A stretch of 64,000 nucleotides of DNA from Octopus bimaculoides. Taxonomy: Eukaryota. Under the pieces are notes generated by a model. The model did not search any database. It had not been told where the DNA came from and saw nothing but the letters and a program-made list of their open reading frames with translations. Location of the stretch: assembly GCF_001194135.2 (NCBI RefSeq), contig NC_068999.1, positions 53,771,254-53,835,253 of the forward strand, read 5' to 3'. Below are positions 41,365 to 55,650 of this stretch, piece by piece; within the stretch, counting starts at the first letter, position 1; each line of letters opens with the position of its first letter. The position numbers and the translations under genes are program-made.

Positions 41365-43080
41365 GTAACAATAGTGGTAATAATCCTAATGATTTCTTAA
41401 GCACAAGGCCAGTGATTTCGAGAGGATGGGTGTTAGCCGATACCGCCGACTCCAGTACTTCACTGGTACTTGGGTCGATACAATCGACTGGTGCCCCTCC
41501 TCCACCTCGAAACTGGCCTCATGCCTAACTAAATTAGAAATCATTATCTTTATGAATAGGTGTATCTGCGTTTGATGGTTTCTTCCTCTATTTTTAATAT
41601 TGATTTCTTCGATGGATATCGTATTTGGACATAAGATTTATAGGGAAATAGAACGAAGTGGGGGAAGGGGTTAACTGGAAGGTGTGACGTTCAGACAATC
41701 TCGAAGAAGGGCAAAAGTTGAATCGGATAGCGATTACGGTTTTATTGAGAACTTTACCGTCTCATTTCTACTTTCGCACACGTAGATGATAAATAAATTG
41801 CTTTTTCACATCAGTAATCACAGCCAAAATCTGTCGGGAAGTGGGAACGTGGATTAATGATCTTTATGCCTTTTCCAAGGTCGTTAGTGACGTAATTGAA
41901 AATTGTTCCAACTTAGAATCGAAACCAGAGCCTTGTTCCTTAATCACCCAGAATTTACGACTGCATCATAGCTCTTATTAAGTCTCTATCTTTGCGTGTA
42001 TGTAAAATGATGATGTTATAATCGAGTAACACTATCTCAATATATTATTGATATTTATTTTATCGATACCAGGGGCCAACTTTGGCACGATTTAAACTCA
42101 GAACGGTACTTGCATCACATCAAACTAAATACAATGAAGTATCTAGGTTAGTGCTGATGGGTTTCTATCTCATGCCACGAGAAAAAAGAAAATCATCGTC
42201 GTCATCAACCTTATCAACCCACTCGTTAATATGTTGTGGCCGCTCTCTTTCTGCTACAACGGGTTCTGCTTCGCACCCTCAATATCCACCTGCCTTTCTT
42301 TAACTCGTCATTTCTAGCATAGACATTGTGTTACACTTCGCTTAACAAACCACCCTACCCTTCCTAAACCCTTTTGAAACTCAGTGCCTTACCTCCCATC
42401 TGTGCATCGTTAAACTGTGGAAGTTAAAACCTCATATTGACTTATTTGTCCTCTCTTCACCGCCCCCCCCCCAGTTTGCTCCTGGCCGGAAATGGTCTCA
42501 GGTACATATCCCCTCTTCCTTAATGTATAAAAAGATCCCTCGGTCAATACCATCACCCACTCGTCGTTTGTATAGACCTCTCTTATGTAATTGTGTCGAT
42601 AGATAAGCCGAAATCTTCTTTTATTGTTACGATTATTTTAGACCGGGAGATTCCAGGACTGCGTCCACTGTAGTTTTCCTTTCTTTAAGACGATAGTATA
42701 TGATATGAGAAAGACCTAGCTGCTATTTCAAGCAGTTCTCGTGATCACACCGAGAGTCCTTCATTGATTCTGGGAAAACGAATAGTGTGAGGTGGTTCCA
42801 GCGTTTCCCATCTAAGTGAAGTTAATTGGCTTAAACTAGCAACTGAAACCGCGCACCGGCTCGGCTCGGCTCGGCTCGGCTTAAACATTGCCTATTGTTC
42901 CACGTTGCTCTTTACACTATTAAGAAAATGTTTACTACGATGAAAGTAAACAAGATGAGGTGGGCTCCATCTCTGATGCAAAATGTACAATAAACGAAAC
43001 TTTGTTACGTTATTTAATCTTTGATTATTTTCTTTCAAGGACGCGCGCGCACACAGGCACACTTACGTACACGCACGCAT

Positions 43081-43137
<57 letters not shown>

Positions 43138-45111
43138 CATATAGTCTGCAAAATGTTACATAGTACTCATTAGTGTTCTATTAAACCACACTTATGTACA
43201 TATATACGCACTCTCCAGCACTTAACCAATTTATTTACGTATAGATTATTATATTATTCCTTTGTAAAACAGCTTCCACTATCACTCTTTTTATAGTGTA
43301 ATATATATTTAGGGGAATTTTTTTTTCTTTTCTTTTCTAGAATCATAATTTTCATTCTTTGAAAAATTAGAATATTTTTTAAAAAAATGAAGTGGGAGAA
43401 AAATTCCCCTTTTCCTTTCCCATGAAATAGAGGACTTCGAGGGATGGCTGTTCCAATCTCGCCTATGTGTGTGTGTGTGTGTGTGTGTGAATGCGCGCAC
43501 ACGCACAAAATCTGAGTCTGTTTCCTACAAGCTATGTTACCATAGCAGCCTAGGCATACGTGCAGGTTTGACAGTTTGTTTGTTTTGTTTTTTTTTTTGA
43601 CACTTGTTGACATGCCTGTATGTATGCACATGTGTTTATGTGTTTTAATACGATTGCCATTATTAATATATGGTATCAAAACAATTCCCTCTTGTGTTTC
43701 TGCACTTAACCTATCTATTTAGCGGCTCAGAAGACGCTGTCTTTGGCCCCACTCTTAATATCCGTAACTCGCTACCTGTACGTTTGCCTAGCTATCTTGC
43801 TGACCGTCTATGTTCATCTCTGTAGGTAGCCAGCTACGTGTCTCTCCATGTGTCTGGTTTTGTTTGCTTATCGGGCTGTCTGTTAGTCTGTCTCTATCTC
43901 TGCTGGTCTATCTGTGCCTGGTTATCTATTTATCTCCGACCATTTGAATCTCTGTCTATGTCTTACATGTCGGTTTGTCTGTCTATCTAGTTAACCATTT
44001 ATTTATCTCAGTCTAATCTGCTCATGTTATCAATTAGTCTGTCAGCCTATCTTCTTTCTTCATCCTTCTTACATCCGTCACTTCCATTTACTTCTCTCCA
44101 TCTTCTTAATCTCTCAGTATATACTCCATACTCCATACTGTCCATCCAGCCTCTGCTAAACTTTTCCATTCAAGCTCCAAATATTTATCGCTGTCATCTC
44201 TAATTTCCTGTTTACCCTACTTAGCTCTGTTAATCTAGCTTCTTTCTTCTTTCCTATTATTGCTCTGTTACTTAATGTCTTTAAGACGATTTCTTAGACT
44301 CAACATTAAATTCCAACGTAATTAGATTCTTTCATTCTACTCTTTTCTTCTACTTCTAATCATCATCATCATCACAATCACCGCACTTTTCATCATCATC
44401 ATCATCAATAGTATTTGCAGCAGCACCTTCATTTTCATATTCTGCCAAGTTTTCATATACAGTACAAGACATTCATCTTTTTGTGCAGACTAACTCTTGA
44501 GCCACTACTGCTGAAACTAGTATTGTTGAGAGGCATTCTATTTGAACAAGAACATGGAAGAGCCATGCTGATATCTGTGGATGACATCATCATATTAGTC
44601 ATAATAGTGGTGTATTCCTCAGAGATAAAAGTGGTGAGATAGGAATATGAGGCAATGACAAGAGGAGAAATTAACCCAAATAAGTCAATGGGTTTGCAAG
44701 TTCATGCAAGTTCTGGAGAATCAAGTTCATGCTGCCAGCCATCATCATGGATGTTGGACTAACAGGCAGATTAAGTTGCTTGGACACTTGTTTGGAGGTC
44801 CAAACTAGCCTGACAGAAACTGAGGCAAGGTTATGAGTAAAGTGGCCCGCTTTGCACATAAGAGAAGCATCTCTAGATTAGAGCATTTGTTCTTTCACTT
44901 GTGGAGGAGATGCATTCCACTGGTAACATGGTCCATCTGCTGCCAATATCTGTGTAGAGGGCTTGGCATCCTGTGGTCGTTGATGCACAGACATGCTGAA
45001 GATTCAGCATCTGCAGAGGTTTCTAAATGGTCAGCAAATATGGTGACTTTTTGTCAAGCATGTGTGAAATTAAAAATATAAAATGACAATTTACCCATTG
45101 CACCTTATATA

Positions 45112-45267
45112 TTGGCGTTAGGAAGGGCATCCAGCTGTAGAAACTCTGCCAAATTTAGATTGGAGCCTGGTGTTGCCATCTGGTTTCACCAGTCCTCAGT
45201 CAAATCGTCCAACCCATGCTAGCATGGAAAGCAGACGTTAAACGATGATGATGATGATGATGATGAT
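45112..45267 (+). mobile_element. SINE with (GAT)n tail, near-identical to 36920-37069
   Basis: direct sequence identity with the 36.9 kb copy and with 49405-49512. Confidence 0.85.
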
Positions 45268-46130
45268 ATTTATATTGCTTTTAAATTTTGGCACAAGGCC
45301 AGCAACTTCAGGAGAGCAGGTAAGTACCAGTTAAACACCGGGGTCGATGTAAACTACCCCAGTATTTAACTGGAACTTATTTTATTGACCCTGAAAAAAT
45401 GAAAGGCAAAGTCAACCTCAGCAAAATTTGAACTCAGAATGGGAAGATGGATGAAATGCTGCTAAACATTTCACCCAGCATACTAACAATTTTGCCAGCC
45501 TGCTACTTTGTTATATATGCATCATCATCATCATCTCATCCTTTAACAGCCGTTTTCCATGCTAACATAGTTTGGATGGTTTGACCAGAACTGGCAAGCA
45601 GGAGAGCTGCACCAGGTTCTAGTCTGATTTGACTTGGTTCTATAGCTGGATGCCCTTCCTAATGCCAACCACTTTACAGTGTGTGCTGGCACAGATGCTA
45701 TTATTTGGCATCAGCATGGGTGCTTTTTATGTGGTACTGTCACAGGGCTCTTGCAAGCCAATCCTCTTCAGCAGGGGATGTGGCATTAATGCTTCTGCTG
45801 TGAAGGATGGATCTTCTTGAGTACAGCAAAGCGCCAGATATCTTGGTACTTTGTCATCTCAGATGCCAGATTTCTCAGTTGTTTGTCATATATATATATA
45901 TTCTAAACAGTCTCCATGTATAAAATTTACTTACCAGCCTCGAGCTATAGCAAAAGACACCATACAAGATGCTCAAGATGCCACACAATAGGATTGTATC
46001 CAAAACCATGTAGATGTTGTTTTAAAACCTGCATTGCTTAAAAATGCATTCAATTATATTAATTAATATTTTCCACATTTCAAATTAATTAACTGCTTAA
46101 ATTTATGTTTTCTATATCTTTCCTTTTCAG

Positions 46131-46338
46131 ATGTGGTGGAAAATTTTCATTAATATCTTCAATATTATTGTTTCCATTACTCAACTAAGATGAAGATGTC
46201 AAGGCAAAACTTCACTGTGAGAATTCCTGCGAGGAATCAGTTTGATTTCTCTTTGATAACATTCTATTTAATCAACTCTTTACTCTAGTTGTGACGTTCT
46301 TCCACACACACACCCCTCTGTGTAGGCTCTAGCTAGTC
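46131..46338 (+). other. NALCN: Probable NALCN 5'-UTR part of the first coding exon
   Basis: strong acceptor tctttccttttcag ending 46130; a second possible acceptor (cccctctgtgtag) ends 46325. Confidence 0.5.
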
Positions 46339-46629
46339 ATGCTTGTAAACAGAAAGACAAGTTTCCGAGAAAACATGGCACTATCTGATTACGGACCAGA
46401 CGAAAATGTCAATGATACCACAGATATCGACTGGGTGAAAAAAGCTTGGGTTCGACGAATGTTTCGTGTTTGTGCCCTAATTAGTATGATATCTGTTAGT
46501 ATGAACACACCTAAGACATTTGAATATCAACCAAAATTAAAATATGTCACCTTCATCACAGATTTACTTATTACATTTCTGTTTACAACAGAGATGATAG
46601 CTGAAATGCATATACGAGGCATTGTCAAG
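46339..46629 (+). CDS. NALCN: NALCN first coding exon (N-terminus, DI S1-S2), 97 codons
   Basis: MLVNRKTSF...DYGPDE...SVSMNTPKTFE...EMIAEMHIRGIVK aligns with human NALCN 1-97 (DFGPDE, MNTP, MHIRGIVK); gtaag donor at 46630. Confidence 0.97.
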
Positions 46630-47864
46630 GTAAGACTATTTTTTAAAATACTTGTTGTCATCTATGTTAATCATCATCATATCATTGTCATTGTTTTAAT
46701 TTCCAGTTTTCTCTACTTGCATAAGTCACACAAAATTTATTGAGGTCTGTTTTGCATAGTCAAATGCTTTTCCTCTAACCAACACTCACCTGTTTTGCCA
46801 AGCAAGATGATATTTCCCCTAGTCCTTTGAAAATGATCAACACAATGGTCGAACATATATGTATACTCTTTTACTTGTTTCCGTCATTTGACTGGTCACT
46901 CTTCCCCTGCACAGTTTCTACAGTTGTCACTTACTCTCTCCTCTTCCCTTCTTCTAATCCCTTAACACTTAATCATTATATTCACCCTCTGGCTATTCCC
47001 AATCTCTTACCATCTCTTGCTCTTCATACATTCTTGCAACTGATACCCCTCTCACACTATCTGTTCTCCTGTCTCCACTCACCTTTTACATTGTATCTTG
47101 GGGATCCTTCCTGATACCTCATCACCACTTTCCATCTCCATCCTGGTTACTCCCACTCTTGCTTCTATTATGTGAGTAGTCATGCAGCTCGTCTACAGTA
47201 AGAAACCTGTCCCGTTCTGGCCCTTCTCTCACACTTTAACCCCCTCATCCCATCACACAGAACCACCTCTCTCTCTACTGCAGCCCCACTCATTCAAAGG
47301 GGATCTTTGTCTTGACAAATGCATAGCAACCTCACTATTGCTGGTGCCCCCAAAAAGGCACCCAGTTTGTGTTGTAAAGTAGCTGGCGCCAGGAAGAATA
47401 CCCAGCTGGAGAAACCAGGTGAAAGCAGACGTTGGAGCCGGGCAAATCCTGTCGAACCATTTGGCCCATGCCAGCATGGAACAAGCATGACACTAAATGA
47501 TGATAGCAGTGATGAAAGGAAAAGAGATTTTAATGGTTTTTCCCTGTTTTTACTTCTAAAACTTTCCATGTTTATTTTATCCATCTCATTGATACTCTCT
47601 CCTCTCATAACTCATAAATGTATTTTTCTGGGGTGTTTTTGGCATATTTTGAAGAGATAGTAGTAGAAAATTCAAACTTTGTGTCTTGAAACATTTCTAA
47701 AATCATTACTAATGCTATTTTCATTAGCATTGCACAATTATTTCATTCATTTTGTTGTTTTTTTATTGGTTGTTTTTTGAACTTTTTTTTAATAATAATT
47801 TAATTGATATTGTTAAAAATATTGTCTTTTGAGTTGAAGTTATATTCTTTTTTCTTCATTTTAG

Positions 47865-47987
<123 letters not shown>

Positions 47988-49198
47988 TAAATGTATTAAC
48001 ATTACAATATTTCAGTCTTCTGTTACAAGCTATAACATAATGTTGGTCATGTGATCTGCATTTAAGTTCTTACTTAACCAAATCTCTCTCTGTGTTTTGA
48101 TTCTCAATTAGTTCTACTTGACTAATTCCATACATATCAAAGGTTTATTTGTTAGAAAGAATTATTAGTAAAGTAACATAATAATTATTATTTGTATTGC
48201 TCTTTGTTTTAGAGTATTACTTTTGGCCAGCTCGCTTAGTCAGCAGGGTGGCTTCATTTGAAGGTTAAAACAATACAAATTGCATTGTGACCAGTGATGT
48301 GTAACAGCACCTGATAGTCTAGTCAGTCATGTGATTACTGTTAGTATATTCACCTATTACAAGAATTAAAGATTGGACAACTAGGTAGACAAACATTAGG
48401 TTGAAATCCACTGCATGTATTTTGACCTTGTTTTGGCAGAGAAGAATTAATCATCTAGCTGTCAGGAATAGGCACCAAATCAACTGAGAATGCAGCAGGC
48501 AAGAGACCAGCATTGTATAGAGAGAGAGAGAGATCACGCTTGTCTAGCTAATATTGTTAAACAGTAGCTAAATGGGAAGCCTTTCAGTCTTCTGGGGTTT
48601 ATTAAGCATCTAAAACATTTTTTTGCAAATGTATGATTTAATCATCATCAGATTTACTTTTTCTATGTTTCCATGGGCTGGATGAAGCAGTTTTCTACAA
48701 CCAGATATCCATCTTGTTGCCAAACTTTAATTGTTTTGAAATATAGTCACTTATTCCACTACTTTTCACATGTTGAACCACAAAGTTGTGGAACATAGAC
48801 AAACATCACCGCTGCTCGAGCAGAGTCAGTTGCAAAGGTATGCTGAGACACACGCACACTCACACACAGATGGGCTTTCACACAGTTTTCATCCACCAAA
48901 TTTTACTCACAAGTAGTATAGGATCTAACCTAAAACATAGAGTTATGAAGTTATATATTACCATAGGCTTGTCTTGAACCCATAAGCTATACTCAGGTGT
49001 TTTATAGCAGGAATATATTGGTTTTAATATGTGAACTATGATGAACTGAAGTCTGATCTGGGTTCATTGCTTGGATTCTAAGTTTGTGCTACTTGCACTG
49101 ACAACAGTGAGGATTTTGGTGTAGACATAAATTCTTGATGAGATCTGTGAATCAAACTTATTGATTCTTGTTTCAATTCAAAGTTAGAATTACTGTAG

Positions 49199-49623
49199 TA
49201 CCCAAGGACAAAAATTGTGTTACACAGTGTAATTATAGCACTTCAAGCTTATAACAGGAATAGAATAAGATGCTGACACATTCATGCCTTTGCCATAATT
49301 AGCAGTGATCATCATCATCATCATCATCATTGTTTAACGTCCACTTTCCATGCTAGCATGGGTTGGACGATTTGACTGAGATGGCTACACCAGGCTGCCA
49401 AATCAGATTGGAACCTGGTGTAGCCATCTGGTTCACCAGTCCTCAGTCAAATCGTCCAACCCATGCTAGCATGGAAAGCCGACTTTAAACGATGATGATG
49501 ATGATGATGATGATCACTGCTAATTATGGCAAAGGCATGAATGTGTCAGCATCTTGTTCTATTCCTGTTATAAGCTTGAAGTGCTATAATTACACTGTGT
49601 AGCACAAATTTTGTCCTTGGGTA
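49199..49623. repeat. Near-perfect 425-bp foldback inverted duplication in NALCN intron 2
   Basis: arms 49199-49394 and 49414-49623; 3 mismatches in the about 110-bp non-SINE part. Confidence 0.95.
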
Positions 49624-50318
49624 GCATCTGTTATTTCTTATTTTCTTACCCCTAGAAAGTATGAAAAATAGCTAATACTATCTTCAAACTGCTTTTGTTA
49701 TGATATTTATTCAAACCCCAAAGAATCCCTCTTAACACATGGCTCCCCCACTACTCTTGCTCATGATGAAAGATGCACATATTGTCAGCCACTAAGGGAC
49801 ATGCTCATGTGGTTAAGGTAAAGTAACTGACAAACAAATCTGTGGTATTGAGCAGAATATTTGTTATAATGATATTTCTGCTGCAGCAATTCAGCACTGA
49901 ATCAGTCTGAAATGTAATGGAAAATAGGTCAGTGTTAAAACATTGATGTCCAGGTCACAAAAGCAAAGTTTCAGGTGAGTAGAAGTGATTGCCTTTGGTT
50001 TCTAGATAGAAGCAAATAGGAAATAGCACTCACTGACCAAAGACCAAAAACAAATGATAAAAATTTTTGTTATACAGTGTTATCTATGAAATCAGTTACT
50101 TCATATGCGATGAGCAATGTAAATTAGAGGCAAGCTGTCTATTTGGTCAAGCCCTCAACAACTTTCTGGTTGCTGTTTCACTTAATGGAATTCACTAATG
50201 CCCCTAGGAAGATCATGAGCAATAAAATTCCCTTTAACCTTTTTCAAAAGTCTCCAGTTTCATATCTACCTGCCGGTGATGGGGCATATTTCTGATGTAT
50301 ATTTTCTTCCTTTTTCAG

Positions 50319-50458
50319 ATATTTGAAATGCGAGAAATAAGTTCAGACTACGCTTTCTTGTCTCTATTAAGATGTCCTCGACCTCTCATCCTAGTTCGTG
50401 TGTTCAGAGTCTTCCTCAAATTTCAGTTACCCAAAACAAGAATTAACTCAATTTTTAA
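50319..50458 (+). CDS. NALCN: NALCN coding exon 3 (DI S4): IFEMRE...LRCPRPLILVRVFR...LPKTRINSIFK
   Basis: ttcag/gtaagt, 140 nt; NALCN-type charge-poor S4 (human LRIPRPLIMIRAFR). Confidence 0.97.
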
Positions 50459-51386
50459 GTAAGTCTTATTTCTTTTCTCCTGCCTGTCTATCTGTTTTCT
50501 CTCTTTCTCTCACTGCATGTATGCATTCATTCATACACACACACAGACATATCATTATTTCAATGTCCACTTCCCCATGCAAGCATGAGTCAGACAGAAT
50601 TTGTTGACGTAGAATTTCTACAGACAGATGTCCGTCCTATCCCCAACTCTCACCTGTTTCCGAAGAAGGTAATATTTCCCCATGACCAGACATGTCCTCG
50701 TGGAAGATTGGAAATGAAGGATTTTGCTTGTATGGCAGTAATACCCATTCGCAACTATCTTGTGTCGTCAAAACCAAAGAGGTCAGAAATCTAAAGAGGA
50801 TTCTATATAAGTTAAATATAACTCTTGAGTAAATAGATTTATGTTTTAGTATTCGTTCTGGCTCTTTATGCTCTAAGTTCAAATTCTGCTTTATCTTTCA
50901 TCCTCTCTGGTCAATAAAACAAAATACCAGCCAAGTACTGGAGTCAGTGTAATCAACTATCCATCACCTCCTCTCAGAATTGCTGGCCTTGTACCCAAAT
51001 TAGAAACAATTGGGAGAGGTGAACTGACAGAATTGGTAAAGTTTTAAACAAAATGCCTTGTGGCATTCATTCTGGTGCTTTACATTCTGAGTTTAAGCCT
51101 CACTAATTTCAACTTCACCTTTCATCTTTACAAAGTTGATAAAATAAACTACCTGTCAGGTACTTGATCAATTTAATTGACTTGCACCTGGTAGGATCGA
51201 TAGCACACTGGGAAAAATGCTTAGTAGCATTTTGTCCAACTTTATGTTCTGGGTTCAAATTCTGCCAAGGTCAGCTTTGCCTTTCATCCTTTCAAGGTTG
51301 ATAAATTAAATACCAGTCGCGTACTGGGGTCAATGTAATTGACTTAACCCCCTCCCCCAAAATCTCAGGCTTTGTGCCTTTAGTAG

Positions 51387-51584
<198 letters not shown>

Positions 51585-52184
51585 TAAGTAGTCTGCTCTT
51601 TTTGTTGCTGTTAACTTTCATAGCCAAAATAATTGTTGTTGTTGTTTAGACTCAGGCCAGTCCGTTACCAAACATGTTTGATTAGACCATCCCTTCTTTT
51701 ACTCAGATGTATTATACAGGATGGGCCAAGAGTCATGCACCAAACATTTGATATTTTATTTATATTACATAACTATTATTATTATTTATTTTGTTCATCA
51801 TGTACAAGTACATGCATATTCATGGTTAATTTACCTATTTCATTCAATTTTAACAAAATTGAAGCATGTCTTTGACAATTTCAGAGCATATTGAACTTGT
51901 ATGTGTTTGACTTTCGACCCAGCCTATATTTAGGATTACATTATTTACATATGCTCCTCGTTTCTTAAAATGGTATGATGTTTGGGGGAGATTTTGCTGC
52001 TGTTTCTAGTAACCACTTAGAGGCTCTCTAAATGATGACGATTATACTCTTTTACTCTTTTACAGAAATTATTTCTGTAGATAAAGTTAATTCTCAGGAA
52101 AAATATTCTTATTAATAACTCATCTCGTACATTGAACTTATTAATTTTCTTTTCTTTCCTCCTTGCTCTAACTTTTAAATCTAG

Positions 52185-52330
52185 AAATGTGTCTTTGGAG
52201 TCATTTGCAATTCCTGATACGTTCTGTTCCCCTGATCGTGGATCAGGCTACCAATGTCCTTTAGGAATGGAGTGTATAGCTTTGCAGCTCAATCGCAAGC
52301 AAAGTGGTTTTGATGGCTTTGATATGTTTG
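52185..52330 (+). CDS. NALCN: NALCN coding exon 5 (DI extracellular loop): NVSLESFAIPDTFCSPDRGSGYQCPLGMEC...GFDMF
   Basis: ctag/gtgagt, 146 nt; conserved AIPDTxCSP and GYQCP cysteines. Confidence 0.97.
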
Positions 52331-53604
52331 GTGAGTTTTTATGTTGATAGATTTATTATGATTGTATGGCAGTGTGTATTACTGTTTGTAGTGTTTAGTG
52401 TGGGTGTGTTGCAATGCTTAGTAAAGCTGTGTTTATTGTGGTTGCGTTGTTTCATAAGGATTGTACTGTAATGTTTATTGTGGTTTTGTGGTCGTCTCAC
52501 CGGGTCTTTTAAGTTGATTTTCTGTGGTTCCAATATCATTTTTTCCCCCCACAGAATATAGTTCTTTAAAAAATTTTTAAAACCTCACATTTCTTCATCC
52601 TGTGAAGATGTCCTTTAAGATATCAAACAAAAATTATAATCTATTCGACCTTCAGGACATAATCTCTCAGACTCAGAAATTCTGTGTTACCCACTACTTA
52701 AACCCACTGGATTCACATAGTTCTATTCTTCCCACCATTACTAACACTTATCAATTTTATTACCTTATACAAAATGTTTTGTTTTCTTCTGTAGTACTAT
52801 ATCCCTTTAGAACTCTCTCTCCTGCCCCTCTCCCCTCCCCTTTCTGCCCTTCTCACAACTCCCTCCCTCTCCTTTCCTGTTCCTCCCCCTCCTGTGCTCT
52901 TCCCTTCTCTCCCCCTCCCCCTTTCCCCTTTCTCTCTTCCTCCTTTTCACCACCTCTCCCCTCTTNNNNNNNNNNNNNNNNCCTCTTATCCCTTCAACTA
53001 CTAACCAGAAAAAGTCAACCAAACCATTAACCTCCATAACCTCATCCAGCTCAATTGAAGATATCCTGACAGCTTGTCTACACTTTCTCTCATCCTCCAG
53101 GTTCATTGACTGGACATTCGATGATTTAACCCTTTAGCTTTCTGATTACTCTTTCAAAAGTGATATTTATTTATTCACATTTAAAAAAAATTAATCATGC
53201 ATTATCTTTTAGCTTCAAGTTTACAATGATGTGATTGTTTATTTTTTGAATGACATTGTAGAATAAGTGTGAGAGGCTGGATCGAGCAGGTGGAATATTC
53301 AGTCCTGATACGACCAGTTTAAACACTGAAGGATTAAACAACTGAGATGGAATTCCCTGGCACGACTAAGTCAACGATAATTTGCAATGGTGTTTTTATG
53401 CCAGAATATCTTCAAATTCTCACTTGTTTTATTTCCTGTAACAGGAAGACATGGGTGTGGGTGTGGGTGTGTGTGTGGGTGTGTGTGTGTGTGTGCACAA
53501 CTGTCCCCCTCTCACCCAGTTTCTTCCTTAAAACAATCCCACCACCCATTATCTCTCTAATGAACCCTTTTATGGAAATATATTTTGTAAAGTATCAAAA
53601 CTAA

Positions 53605-53877
<273 letters not shown>

Positions 53878-55145
53878 TAGCTTTTAAACTTAATTAAGAT
53901 GCAGTGGGCTCTTAGTTGAATACCTGAGTTTCAGCAGAGCCTCAATCATGAAATACATTTTATTCGGGAAAGCAAAAACATATTTACTGCATCTTATAGT
54001 GGAAGCAGTTGTAAACTAATAAAGTTCATAAGATAAATCAGTTATTCTTTTGTCATCTCTTTTATTATTACTGCTCTGTACCCAACTAACATTTCATTCA
54101 GAAGCATACATATATTTGGTCAGTCTGAGGCTTTAGTAGAAGACACTTGCCCAAGTTACCATGTAGCATGCAGTAGGACTGAACCCCTGGAATCATATGG
54201 TTGGGAAGCAAGCTTCTTACTACACACCCACTGCTGCGCCTATATACACACATATACATACATATATATATGTATGTAATATATATATGTCAAATATTTG
54301 TGTCTATATGTATGTAGACAGTGCTTGCATGTGCGTGTGTAATGGGAATAATGAGGTATTCTGTTTTAATACAATTCAACCATTTTTCTTTGCATTGGCA
54401 CAAATGTTTTTGTTGCTTGATGTTTTCCCTGTGGCTATCCATGCTATCCATTCAACTATGAAGTTATGAATGGAACATGTTTTATGTCAGTCAGGTAAAC
54501 TGGAGCCAGCAGCTTTAACTCTTTAATGATAGAGAATGTATGAGTTTGTGTCGATGATATTTATGTGATTTTGTGTACTTTATGCATCCAGTGACTATAT
54601 AGAAATCTCATAGCATTGATAACACTTTTGCAGAAGTGATAGAAAGTCCATCATTGCAGCTGTGGTATATTGAGATTAAATCTCAGAATCTCAACCAGGA
54701 TTAATTGTAAATACACTGCCCCCCCCCCATACATACGTACGTACATACATACAAACAAACAAATACTTAGTTTCATGGAAAAAGAGCAAAAAAGAAACTG
54801 ACACAGAGTCTCCAAATCCAATCTATTAGTGGCACTGTGAAGATTTGTAAGGCATTCCAAAAATTATCCATAAGAGATTTTTATGTGAATAGATGCCTAC
54901 ACTTGGGTGTATGCATTAATAGTTCAACTCCCATGCTGACTCAACGACATATTTAAAAACACTGGGAATTCTCTTAACTCCAAAAGTCTTGTCACTTTGT
55001 TAGCAACTGGTTTGAACTCTCTCAAGAAGAACTTAAAATAAAGCTCAAAGAAAAATCCTATACACACACACACACACACATGTTCTTTTTCATATAACCT
55101 TTATTTTATTGTATGTTTATTATATATATTTCTTTTTCTTTCCAG

Positions 55146-55250
55146 AATGTTTTTATAGCTGTGATAATTGAAACTTTTGCTGAAATAAGGGTTCAATTTC
55201 AAACTATGTGGGGACCTAGAGGCAGTGATGCTAATTCGGACTCATCTCAG
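55146..55250 (+). CDS. NALCN: NALCN coding exon 7 (DI S6 end): NVFIAVIIETFAEIRVQFQTMWG...
   Basis: ccag/gtaaa, 105 nt; NVFIAVIIETFAEIRVQFQ identical to human. Confidence 0.98.
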
Positions 55251-55602
55251 GTAAAACTTCTCTTTTTTCTTTTGTAAACCTTTTATTCAAATTTATCTGA
55301 CAAGTCATTTCATTAAAGACTATCTGGGGTTGTTACTTTTGTTGTGGCTTATGTTTTTGAACTATTGAGTTTACTATCATAGTTATCTTCTACTAGTTTC
55401 AGCCATTGAACTGCAGCCTTGCTTGGGCATTGCTTTGAAAGTTTTTAGTCAAACAGATCAATCCCAGTACTTATTTTTAAGTCTGTTGTCTGTTACTTAT
55501 TCTGTTGGTCTCTTTTGCATTAGCAGATTGCTAATATACAAGAACATAAAAAAACAAGCACCAGTTGTGAGGGGCAAACACAAAGAGAGAGAGAGAGAGA
55601 GA

Positions 55603-55650
<48 letters not shown>

